Of a stretch of 64,000 bases of DNA, positions 53,731 through 64,000 are shown piece by piece (the stretch's first letter is position 1; every line of letters begins with the position of its first letter). Location: NCBI GenBank assembly GCA_964016885.1, contig OZ024743.1, positions 182,776,001 to 182,840,000 on the forward strand, given 5' to 3'. A program made the position numbers and the translations under genes. This DNA comes from Eledone cirrhosa (lineage: Eukaryota). Under the pieces are notes generated by a model. The model was not told where the DNA came from. It saw nothing but the letters and a program-made list of their open reading frames with translations, and searched no databases.

Positions 53731-56700
53731 TTAGGTAGCATACGTATTCTGAAGATTTTTATAGTGTTCATGTTGACTTTCAGATACAGATGGAACTAGA
53801 TTTGCTAAAGCTTCCAAAAAATCAGTCTCTTCAACAATTACTTTGGATGTATCTACATCTCGACCAACTTCGAGTTTTTGAATGAGTTTTTTTGTGGCAT
53901 TCATCCAAGCATCTGATGCTAAGGCATAAAAATCAGCCCCAGTCAAATCCATATCACATTTGTCCACAATAGACTTCAGTGAGAAATTACCAAGTATGAA
54001 CTTTCTTGTGACAGCTTCAAGTATCTTTAATTGGAAATCTTTGTTTTTACAAACCCCCATGTAAAGAACTTTGTCAAATCTGCCAGGTCGAAGCAGGGCT
54101 GGATCCAGTAAATCAACCCGGTTTGTTGCACCAATAACAAACACATTATGTGACTTGTGTAATCCATCAAGTTCAGCCAGTAACTGTGAAACAATACGGT
54201 CCATTACACCCCCTGTATCTCCATTACGACCCCTATTGGGGGCTAATGAATCAAGTTCATCAAAAAAAATTACACACGGCACTGCATCACGAGCTTGTTG
54301 GAATACTTTGCGTACATTTTCTTCACTTTGTCCAACATATTTGTTCATAAGTTCTGGTCCTTTGACACTGAAGAAATTCAAAGAACATTCTGTTGCAACA
54401 GCTTTTGCTATCAATGTTTTCCCTGTCCCTGGTGGACCATGTAAGAGTATACCAGAACGTCTTAGACCAGCTGCAAGAAGCTCAGGACGCAGAAGAGGCA
54501 ATTGAATTGTGTCTAAAATCTCTTGTTTTACCTCATTTAGCCCACCAATATCTTCCCATTTGACTTTAGGAATTTTTGGTGTTCCAAGTTCATCGGCGTG
54601 TGACGATTGTAAGCTGTCAAGTGCATTTTCAAAATCAGAATGTTGTATGACTACACCTGAAGTACAAAGATCATTATGCATTTCTTGCCACTTCTTGTCT
54701 TTAACTCCCAGAAAATCAGTCACTCGTTTATAGGCTTCTGCTTGTGCCCTTTTCACCAGATCCACCATATCCCCTAACACGTAACCTGCAGTACGTCGGC
54801 TGATATAAGTAGAAGATACATCACCAGAGAAATATATATCTTCTGTTAAATTGGTGAACATAATTGCACGGTCAGCTTCCGAGGGAACTTGCATTTTCAT
54901 ATGATGTAGAAATCCTTCTGGAATGTTAGGTTGCAATTCTTGTGCATTTTCTGTGGTGCCAACAATCAACATCGGGTAATCTAAAGCATAGCGTTTAGCT
55001 TGTTGCAAAATGTCAACAAAGAATGTACCAATCTTCATATCAATGCTATGCTTTTCTGAACGACCCAAAAATTCTAAATTTTTCAACACTAAAATACATG
55101 GGGCATAATCTTTTGCACTGCGAACAATATTTTTTATTTTCTCAATCATAGCAAATGGTGACATACTGCTGAGATGTTGACAGCTTACTTTGATGACCTG
55201 CAGACATAATGTCCTTGCTACAGCATCTATTACAGTTGTCTTACCAACACCACTAGGACCAGATATTAATATAGTGGGAGATAGAATTTCTTGAACTTTT
55301 GCATCCAATGTATCATTGAGAAATGGTAAGATCAATTTTAACAAATTTTCCACATAAAATTCCAATCCTGCAGGTCTAGACTGACACCAATAAGGTGGTG
55401 AATCATTAAGAAGATAAGGTACAAAGCTATGAGCAGTATAATTTTCTTTCAAAGTCCTAGTTGTAAACTTTGGATGTACAAGGTGTCTGTCACCATGTTC
55501 AAGACTTGGTTTAATATTTTCAACCTTAAGATAGAAAATTGAGCTTTTTTCAAAGGAAAGGTCAGTCTGAGAGAAGTTGTTATTTTTTATTTTTATGCAA
55601 AAAATATCACCCTTTTCCATTAGACGGGGATATTCAAAATATTTATCAAGTTCTTTAGAAGGTAAATCCTCACTGCCAGGAGTTTTAATTAGACTGAATA
55701 TGACCTTTTTAGCAATCACTACATTCCATAGTTTTAAATTATCTAAAAACGAATCATTTGTTTGCTTTCCATTGACATTTTGTAGTTTCTTAATAACAAT
55801 TGCTACACTTGTAGTAGGTAGATGTTGTGGATGTACTTGTATATTGAACAGCAGAATGGGAGAAATGAAAGCAAAGCGAGATTTATCATACCGTCTTCCA
55901 AGACATTTCACCATAGCCATCTTAGAGCGAACAATTGTGGTCCTTTTTGGAGAGGATTCAGGAACATTGTCAAAGACATCATCTCTTTCTCGGAAAAGCT
56001 CAACTTTATTCCCTATACAATACACTTCAACAATACTGCTGTCAAACAGTTTGTTGGCCAACATCAATTTTCTAGACATACATATAATATAGTTTGGATC
56101 AAATTCTTGATCAGAATCAGTTTGTATCATCACATCTCTTAGTCGTTTGTCACCAACAATTTTTGCAGGTACCATTATATTCTTAGCATCTAAACAGTTG
56201 TCCTTAGGTTTTTTGCTCCATGGACAGAAGCTTGAAAAGAATAAGCTGTCTTTAGATAAACAGTCCATACGAGGTTTATGTGGGTTTGAATTATTAGTCT
56301 CCTCGTGTACTGTAAATATTTCAGTTTTAGCTGTGAGTAGTCCCTGTCTAAAAGGACAACACTCAGTCACCACAATATGTTGATAATAATTCGGTACAGA
56401 AGAACTAACCTTCCCAGGCGACCACAATGCAAGAAACAAGTCATTTGTCCGCACCAAAACACCATGTTTACATACTTGCAGAAGAAGATGGTGAAAATCT
56501 AAGTTTTTTATAGCCTTATACGTATCTAAATCTTTAACAGACAAAATAACTTTCTCCAGAGGAAAAGGTATTATTCTCCGGAAAACTATATTTTGAGATG
56601 GTTCCCAACCATAATGTTGTAAAAACTGGTTAGTACAGTATAGATAGACTTTCGTGTTGATTATACTTGATTTCTCATCTACTTCACTACCTTCATCTAA

Positions 56701-57066
56701 CTCCAGATTTGTCGGGAAAGGTGAAGGGAGCAAGGTTTCATCAATTGATACAACACAAATTAAATTTGCATCTTCATCAACTTTGGGTTCTATATCTTGA
56801 TCATCAGTGAGGGTGAAATAAAGACCTCCAACTGGTAAAGTACTCTTCCTCACCTCAGGACGTCGGAAAGCAATAAAAAAATATTCACAATCATTTTCTA
56901 GAAACAGAATTGATGAAGCAGTTTTTTTATCGACATTTAAATGAAGTGGGTGTTTCGTTAAGAAAGATTCATCTACGCCCTCAACATTGTTTTGCTGTTG
57001 TGCTTTATCCTCCCGATTGATAAATTCACCGAGAAACGATGATTGATACATATTTTTTATAATCAT
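53731..57066 (-). CDS. PEX6: Peroxisomal AAA+ ATPase PEX6, single coding exon, 1111 aa
   Basis: D1 GPSGVGKT with degenerate Walker B; PKIPKVKWEDIGGL; D2 GPPGTGKTLIAKAVATECSLNF, GPELMNKYVGQSEEN, FFDELDSLAPNRGRNGDTGGVMDRIVSQLLAELDG; TGADFYAL. Confidence 0.96.
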   Translation of the reverse strand: MIIKNMYQSSFLGEFINREDKAQQQNNVEGVDESFLTKHPLHLNVDKKTASSILFLENDCEYFFIAFRRPEVRKSTLPVGGLYFTLTDDQDIEPKVDEDANLICVVSIDETLLPSPFPTNLELDEGSEVDEKSSIINTKVYLYCTNQFLQHYGWEPSQNIVFRRIIPFPLEKVILSVKDLDTYKAIKNLDFHHLLLQVCKHGVLVRTNDLFLALWSPGKVSSSVPNYYQHIVVTECCPFRQGLLTAKTEIFTVHEETNNSNPHKPRMDCLSKDSLFFSSFCPWSKKPKDNCLDAKNIMVPAKIVGDKRLRDVMIQTDSDQEFDPNYIICMSRKLMLANKLFDSSIVEVYCIGNKVELFRERDDVFDNVPESSPKRTTIVRSKMAMVKCLGRRYDKSRFAFISPILLFNIQVHPQHLPTTSVAIVIKKLQNVNGKQTNDSFLDNLKLWNVVIAKKVIFSLIKTPGSEDLPSKELDKYFEYPRLMEKGDIFCIKIKNNNFSQTDLSFEKSSIFYLKVENIKPSLEHGDRHLVHPKFTTRTLKENYTAHSFVPYLLNDSPPYWCQSRPAGLEFYVENLLKLILPFLNDTLDAKVQEILSPTILISGPSGVGKTTVIDAVARTLCLQVIKVSCQHLSSMSPFAMIEKIKNIVRSAKDYAPCILVLKNLEFLGRSEKHSIDMKIGTFFVDILQQAKRYALDYPMLIVGTTENAQELQPNIPEGFLHHMKMQVPSEADRAIMFTNLTEDIYFSGDVSSTYISRRTAGYVLGDMVDLVKRAQAEAYKRVTDFLGVKDKKWQEMHNDLCTSGVVIQHSDFENALDSLQSSHADELGTPKIPKVKWEDIGGLNEVKQEILDTIQLPLLRPELLAAGLRRSGILLHGPPGTGKTLIAKAVATECSLNFFSVKGPELMNKYVGQSEENVRKVFQQARDAVPCVIFFDELDSLAPNRGRNGDTGGVMDRIVSQLLAELDGLHKSHNVFVIGATNRVDLLDPALLRPGRFDKVLYMGVCKNKDFQLKILEAVTRKFILGNFSLKSIVDKCDMDLTGADFYALASDAWMNATKKLIQKLEVGRDVDTSKVIVEETDFLEALANLVPSVSESQHEHYKNLQNTYAT

Positions 57067-57459
57067 ATCCTTGATTAATTAAAATATTAAAATATGTGAA
57101 ACCAAAGAAACATTCAAATCTTGCCTTTTCTCACCTTTAGATCCATTTCTAGTTAAGATACAACATAATAAAAATGAATGTTTTCCATCAGTATATGAAT
57201 GACGCAAAAGGAGAGTTACCTCCTCTTAGTTAGGTGGTTTTGTCGGTAGAGGGCATCATATGTGGCCAATATAATATTTTCGTAATCTTTCAAATTCATA
57301 TTTTATTTACTCTTTACTATTTTTTCGACGTTAGGAAACTTTCATTATATTTCTCTTTATTCTTCCAAAATTATTTACAAAAGCTTGTTTCGTTAACAGG
57401 TGAATTCGATGGAAATTTTAGTCGGATTTTTTTTTGTAGTTGGAATAGGAGCATAGTCC

Positions 57460-57888
57460 TATTTGAGGGTTCTATTAAAGTGAACGTGAAATTTCCAAAC
57501 AGGAAAATCGAAAACGGAAATGTACTTACTTTCTGATTGTATGGAAATAACGTAATGTCTATGTTTTGTGAATACACACCTCTACAATAATACGGATGCA
57601 TTGACTTTCTGATTTTGCCACTGAAATGAAAACAACGAAATCTGAATAGTGTATTTTACAATTATGATATAATTATTTCTTACACAAAGACAATATATAT
57701 ATGGTATTTTGTGGATACGAAGCTAAATAAAAGCGATGGTAACGGTAGTCAATCATACATAATAAATTTACTTCTATTTTCCACGTACCAATAACAAAAG
57801 ATTACCTAATTTTGTTCCATCGTTTCTGTTTACGTTTCTATTTTTTATATGGAAATTTTACTTTCACTTTAATGGAACCTTCTAATAA
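57460..57888. mobile_element. MITE-like element with ~55-bp imperfect TIRs just upstream of PEX6
   Basis: GAGGGTTCTATTAAAGTGAACGTGAAATTTCC versus GGAAATTTTACTTTCACTTTAATGGAACCTTC. Confidence 0.6.
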
Positions 57889-58005
57889 GTATTTAAAAAA
57901 AATATTATTTATCATTTCAATAGAAAGTATACAAATAAACACAATTTAAATATATTCATATAAAAACAGGAATGAAGAAAAAAAGGATATTATCATAGAA
58001 GAACA

Positions 58006-58125
58006 TTCTGAGTTCAAATCCCGCCAAGGTTAACTTTGCTTTCATCCTTACGCGGTCGATAAAATAAAGTACCAGTAATGCACTGAGTAATTGCTGGCCT
58101 TGTGCCAAAAGTAGAAACAATTATT
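58006..58125 (+). mobile_element. 5'-truncated SINE family A with 11-bp TSD
   Basis: ATAGAAGAACA at 57995-58005 and 58126-58136. Confidence 0.88.
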
Positions 58126-58130
58126 ATAGA

Positions 58131-58664
58131 AGAACACACCCTTCGATTTCAGCGGGGAAAAAATATTTTTTCCTCTATTTTTTTTTTTTTTTTTGTGCTA
58201 TCAACTAATCTGACCTCCAAGATGCTCGCAATCGAATTTTTCTAAAGATTAGGGTTTCTGTTTTCCGAGGAGGGGTGAGTCGATTGCGAGCATCTTGGAG
58301 GTCAGATTAGTTGATAGTACACCAAAAATCCGAAGAAAAATGATTATTTCCCACCAAACGTAAGAAGAGTGTAGATCTGCGTAACTCCGATGGTCTTTCC
58401 GCCACCTTTCCCTCACTTTTTCCAACAAATCCAGTCGTTTCTGACTGGTTTGGAGGTCATATTTGCTTTGATAACATGTGGAGAAAAAAAATTGTAGAGA
58501 AATCTCGAGGAGGGGAGGGGGCACTCAGTTTCCCTGGAAAAAAAGTTGATTGTGAGCGTCATGCAGGTCAGATTAGTTGATAGCACACGGGAAAAAAAAA
58601 AAAAGAAAGAAAAAAAAACGAGGGAAAATTTTTTTTTCCCCAATGAAATCAAGGTGGATGTTCT
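58131..58664. mobile_element. Non-autonomous DNA transposon with ~100-bp TIRs and an extra internal TIR copy
   Basis: GTGCTATCAACTAATCTGACCTCCAAGATGCTCGCAATCGA at ~58195 is inverted at ~58280 and ~58548. Confidence 0.7.
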
Positions 58665-59029
58665 ATAACTTTACCGAAAATTAGGGGGAAAAGACTTGCA
58701 GACAACAAGGAACGCTGGAGTTTCCCCTCTTACAATTGTTTAGGTAAACCAAACACTCTTTGGCATTGCTGCAGTTGATAGCGAGACTAAGATGCTGGAA
58801 TAGCCAAACACATTAGTGGACATCACATGATAGATATATCAAAAACGTGCTTTTCATTTAAGAAATAAACCAATTTTTCGTAAATTAATATTAATTAACA
58901 TAAAATTTACTGAAATCAATATTTACCTATCTATAATTTAAAATTGAATGTTATCAATACATTTAATTACTACACTACTGAGACTGTGCTATATGGACTA
59001 ATTGTGAATAAGTTGTATCTTATATTGCC

Positions 59030-60330
59030 AAATGTGTGTGTCTTCCCTATTTCAGTTTTATGTGACAACTACCAGCTCTTCCACTGCTATCTTACTTAAA
59101 TGACTCCCTCATTTCTGAGCTACACTCTCTATCAAGTAATGTTACTCTAAAGACCTTTCAGCGGAACCCTATATCAGCCACTTGTATTAGAAATTGTAAA
59201 AGTAGGCACGAATACTGAATTGAAGATAAAGAGTTTACATCCCTTTTACTGATGACTGAGTGCTAAAGTTGGTGAATTACTTACAGTCAATCACTTATGA
59301 AAACAGCCCTGAGATATTTGAACTTCTCTACCTACTTCTGTGTGACTCCATTCACATGCACAATGTACTGGACAAGTGTCTTAGTCTTCACATACTGATT
59401 TTCATTTCTGCCATGCCACACTTGCCTGCAAACCTATCCAGTACATGTTAGAGATCACCTTTCAGCAATTTAAGTAGTACCATGTTGTCTACAAATTCCA
59501 GCCAATTTATCCTATAACTGTAGACTTTGAAACCCTTTCCAGCCTGGCTGCTCGTGTCAATCCTGTTCATGAAGATTATGAATAATAGAGATAACCATAC
59601 ACACCATTGGCAGAGTCCAACACCCACCTTGAATGGTTTTCACATAGCACCATTTACCTGAAAACAAATGTTTTGGCATTCATATAAGGATTTCAAGGCA
59701 ACAAGAAACTGTCCATTGATCCCATACTCATGCAGAAACTTTTACAAGTTGTATGTTTTGTCAAAGTCCATGAAACAAACATACACCACTTGGCAATACT
59801 CCTATGACTTTTAGAAGATCTGACACAGTGTGAATATTTGGTAGGTTGTACTGTACCCAGAGTGAAAACTATACAGTTTGACAGCAAGCTTGGACTTGAC
59901 AATATACCTTCATCTCTTTGTCAGACACTTAACATAGACTTTACTGGGGAGGTTCAACAAGGCGATCCCTCTACAGTTAGAGCAATTTCTTGTCTCCCCT
60001 TTTGAAAATTGGGATTATCACTCCCGATTGCCATTGCTTAGGTGCCTTTCCAGAGATCCAGGCCACCCGGCTCATATGAATCAGCCAGAGAATACCTTCT
60101 CTATCTTAGACTTTTAACAACTCAGGCTGAATTTCATCTTCCCTAGAGGCCTTGAGCACTTCATTTGCCCTGACATCCGAGAGATTAGTTTTCGCTCCTA
60201 GATGCACCTAATGTACCTTTTATGTTCCCTGATTCTTCCATATTTCCTTTTGTTGATATTTCCATACCTTCTCTCGCATTTCCAAATCATTTATGTCTAA
60301 TATTTCTTGAAATTACATTTTGTTTTCACT
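59030..60330 (-). mobile_element. Decayed RTE LINE RT region
   Basis: VAWISGKAPKQWQSGVIIPIFKRGD / SNCRGIALLNLPSKVY around 59930-60070. Confidence 0.75.
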
Positions 60331-60649
60331 TTTTCTTCACCTTATAACTTCAGGTCAGCAGCAGACAGTTAATAATTTCATTCTACGAAGCTGTGTAGCT
60401 TCTTATTTTATTTTTTTTAAACTTTTATAAAAAAAATGTTTCCCTCAAATTTTTAATACTAAAATATTTCATACTAAAATATTTCACATTATGTTGTAAA
60501 ACAGGAGAGAACACTTACTAAATTTCTTTCTCTTTGACTTACCATTTATGGCTCTCCAATGACATGAGACTAATGGTTAAACAGTTTATGCCACATGTCA
60601 TTGTGGTAATTATTATTGCTGGGTGTATCAAAGGAGAGAATTCCACTGT

Positions 60650-61272
60650 TTTTTTTTTTTCGTGACACCTACACGATCTCATTTATTTCGGCCTGGATTT
60701 TGTGGAACCAACATAACTTTACATTGAAAGGGATGGGGTGGGGGTGGTGGGACAGGGGTGTATTTTGTTAGAGATGCCTACTGACTGTAGTAGGTTTTAC
60801 TTTGTATTTAGGTAACGCGGGTCTTCTCTATTACTGAGTACCGCCAAAGGTCTCGGTCCAGTGACATTGTCTTGGTGAGGTGTAAGTGTGTGAGGTCGGA
60901 GTTTATCAGCTCGTCCCAGGTTTTTCTGGGTCTGCCTATTCCGTGGCTACTGTCTATCTTTATTGCCCTGCACTTTGTTATACAGCTATCGTCCTTCATG
61001 CGCATCACGTGACCATACCAACGTAGCCTTCTCTCTAGTAAACAACATCTGATCCCTCTTATTTCTAATTTTTTCCTTAGTTCGTTTATGCTTTGTCGTT
61101 CACGTATATTACTAATACACATCCAGCGGAGCATGCAAGCTTCGTTTCTCTCTAGTCTGCGTATATCCTCTGCACACAATGCCCAGGTCTCACTGCCATG
61201 CAACATTGCTGTTCGTATGCAGGCATCGTACAGCCTGCCTTTCATTTTTAGGGAGAACCCTTTAGCGGCTAA
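60650..61272 (-). mobile_element. 5'-truncated RTE LINE (ORF C-terminus plus part of 3' UTR)
   Basis: KGRLYDACIRTAMLHGSETW..RRLRWYGHVMRM..GRPRKTW. Confidence 0.9.
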
Positions 61273-62569
61273 GATATATATATATATATATACACACACA
61301 CATATACACACAAATTTAGAAACCCTTCCTATTTAGCAGGAAATATTCGCTACACACATCCTGTCCTAACACAAGTTATATGATAAATATGACTTAATAT
61401 TCAGTTACCAAATTTTAGCTAGATACAGTAATTCTGTATTCGATTCTTTGAAGTCGCCTGTTATAATTTCAATCAACAACACCACTGCTCTCTCTCTATG
61501 TCTCTCTTTTAAACTACTCCCTCACAACCACTATCTCTTTATCTCTTTCTATTTATGAAGGTATTCAGAAAAAGTCCGCATCTTGGGAACCCATGCTCCG
61601 ATTTACACGAAACTTGTTTTATTCCATTTGTATTCCCATTTCAGGGGCAACTTCCTTTCATATTTCCCATTATGCGCCGTTTTGACTGTGTTAAATTACA
61701 GACAAGCACATAATCACAGAGTTTTAGCAGTATATAGATAGATAGATAGATAGATAGATACATACTTGAATTTGTATAAATAATTGACACAACATGGTGT
61801 CAGCCGGATGGCTGAACAAGTAAAAGAGTAATCAAATTTTGAAATATACTGTTCATATTAAGTTTGTATCTGTAGGACAATGTCTTAGACAGGACAGGAC
61901 TGCTAAAATGTAGTGGAAAAACATTTCATTTCTTACATGGCAGATAACGTTTCAAGAGAAATCAAAACCTGTTCTATTAAACCAAATATATCTCCATTAT
62001 ATAAAACTCTGGGTTATTTATGGCTAGTTTTCTGTTTTGGCAAATTTTGTACACTTGTACTTATGTTGCTGTTAATATGAGATGGGTTAAGCCAGCTTTA
62101 AACAGTGAATCTACAACATTGTATATATAAGATGTATGGCATACATTGTATATATAACATGATTGTCAACCAATCATTGAAAGCAATGATGGATACCACC
62201 GTTAGCTATTGTAATTCCCAATAACATGGTGTAAGAGACAAGCTGAGATCTGTATGGTTCATGTAATTTATCTCATGTTCATAGGTTATACTGACACTGT
62301 TGTATTATTGAAGACGAGATGTTTAGATTCCCATCTATCATATTCCGGGCAATCACTTGTTAATTCCTACATTAGACAAACATTAGAGTGTGTCACATCC
62401 CTTAAAAGAGACACCTCTCTAAACCTACCAATCACCAAGTTGGAGGGAGGTCATAAGATGCTTAACTTTAGTATAAGCACTTCACTGCTATGGGCTTGTG
62501 ATCTGTCATGGGAGGCATGAGATGGATACACAAAGGCTATGTTTCTCAAGGCCCCAAAATAGGGTCCAG

Positions 62570-63400
62570 AAGCGAGCAACCTTGACAATTGGAACCTGGA
62601 ACATTACAACCCTTACAAGTAAGGAACAGTAACTTGTAGAGGGGGCTAGATGCTACCAGCTAGATGTAGTCCCATGGTTCTGGTACTATAGATTTAGATC
62701 AGAGGTTCTCAAAGTGGGCGCCCCACCAGGGAGGCATTGAGATCTAAGGGGATGCTGGGGCCTAAGACAGCGAGAGATGATATAATAGTATATTAAATAA
62801 CAAATGATACATATAAATAAATGTAGTAAAGTAAAAACATATATATATTTATTTATACATAGTATTTATTATATATATATTAACGATTTTATTTATTGTA
62901 TGTTATTTACAATTTGCGTGTAGGCAGATAGATACCTCTGGAAATAATTGTTTCTACTTTTGGCACAAGGCCAGCAATTATCCAGTGCATCACTGGTACT
63001 TTATTTTATCGACTCCGTAAGGATGAAAGGTAAAGTTAACCTTGGCGGGATTTGAACTCAGAATGGCAAGAGCCGTAACTGTATGCTGCAAAGCATGGCG
63101 TCCGACTGTCTAATAATGATGGTATTACATGGCCGTGAGGGAGGCGGGGAGAACCTTTGATTTAGATGGAGGATGGAAACTACTATTCAGGTGAGCAGGT
63201 CAGGTGCCAGAAATGACTTGCACAGGCAGGAGTGGGGATACTCACAAGCCCCCCCCCCGATGTGAGAATGTGTTATGGACTGGATCCTATTGTGAGGGAG
63301 GATTTGCCTCTTGAAGCTTAAGCTGAAAGAAAGGTGTCTGTGGGGAGTGCAAGTTTGTGCGAAATAGGGAGTCCGAATACAGATCCCTCCTTGATGAAGT
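62570..63400 (+). mobile_element. Decayed RTE endonuclease region, interrupted by a hAT MITE
   Basis: LTIGTWNITTL before and DGGWKLLF..AQAGVGILTSP after the insertion. Confidence 0.65.
62700..63159. mobile_element. hAT (Charlie-like) MITE containing a SINE A at ~62943-63110
   Basis: TIRs CAGAGGTTCTC/GAGAACCTTTG; 8-bp TSD ATTTAGAT at 62692-62699 and 63160-63167. Confidence 0.9.
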
Positions 63401-63736
63401 CATAGCAGAGATAGATATAGTTAAGACAGTAATAATAAAAAATAACTTCAAAAATTTATTTTATAATTAAAAATTCATTTTATTTTTTTTTAAAGATTCT
63501 GAAAATCCGAAGACCGTTGGCCGTTGGAAAATATATGAAAAATAAATGCATTTAAAAAAATCTACATTGAAACGAATAAATGCCGGATAACGTAGTCTTA
63601 TATGCATATAAAAAAGTGAGGATGGTCACGTCTGGAATACTTTTCATCATAGGCCGGCTCGATCAGCGTTAATATGGAACGAAACATCCTTAAAAAATGA
63701 AAGTATTAAAGTTTCGAAGTCTTTTATCATCTGACG

Positions 63737-63845
63737 TCGAGGTTAACTTTGCCTTTCATCCTTACGGGGTCGATAAAATAAAGTACCAGTAATACACTGA
63801 GTAATTTGCTGGCCTTGTGCCTAACTTAGAAACAATTATTTATTA
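63737..63845 (+). mobile_element. SINE family A 3' half
   Basis: Core and tail match other copies. Confidence 0.8.
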
Positions 63846-64000
63846 AACGATAACATATATTTATGATATCTATAAATTATATTAGATTATTGCTCTAAAA
63901 TGAAAGATTAAATTTACTTAGTCTCGTTTTAGAATACAGTTAATTGAATACGAGTTATGTCCCCTCAATGTGTATATTTTGTCGATAGGTGGCAGCAGAG

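Noticed and set aside
54071-56383. Plus-strand ORFs
   Set aside because: Antisense shadows of PEX6
53731-57066. Assignment as VCP, NVL or PEX1
   Set aside because: AKAVATEC, GGVMDR.VSQLLAELDG and TGADFYAL are PEX6-diagnostic, and D1 Walker B is degenerate
61380-61760. Third Helitron
   Set aside because: One end looks similar but no clear hairpin-CTAG terminus was found

Overview
AT-rich, repeat-dense animal DNA; the repeat landscape looks cephalopod/octopus-like (inference). Three host genes lie on the minus strand. (1) The 5' part of a spliced plant-type (class II, PRS4-like) ribose-phosphate pyrophosphokinase, with exons 31343-31200, a probable 48-nt exon 11257-11210, and 8592-8466; the rest lies left of the window. 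(2) LYSET/TMEM251. (3) An intronless PEX6. The PRS introns hold a >6.3 kb 46-bp satellite derived from an RTE-LINE/SINE 3' tail, and a head-to-tail chain (SINE, then two Tx1/L1-clade LINEs) whose junctions are all (ATT)n and which ends exactly at an exon acceptor. They also hold nested inverted repeats and a perfect 130-bp-arm palindrome carrying a Penelope-type minimal hammerhead ribozyme on each strand. The remainder is SINEs, RTE fragments, Helitrons, piggyBac/hAT/Tc1 MITEs and minisatellites. All calls were made by eye and no searches were run.
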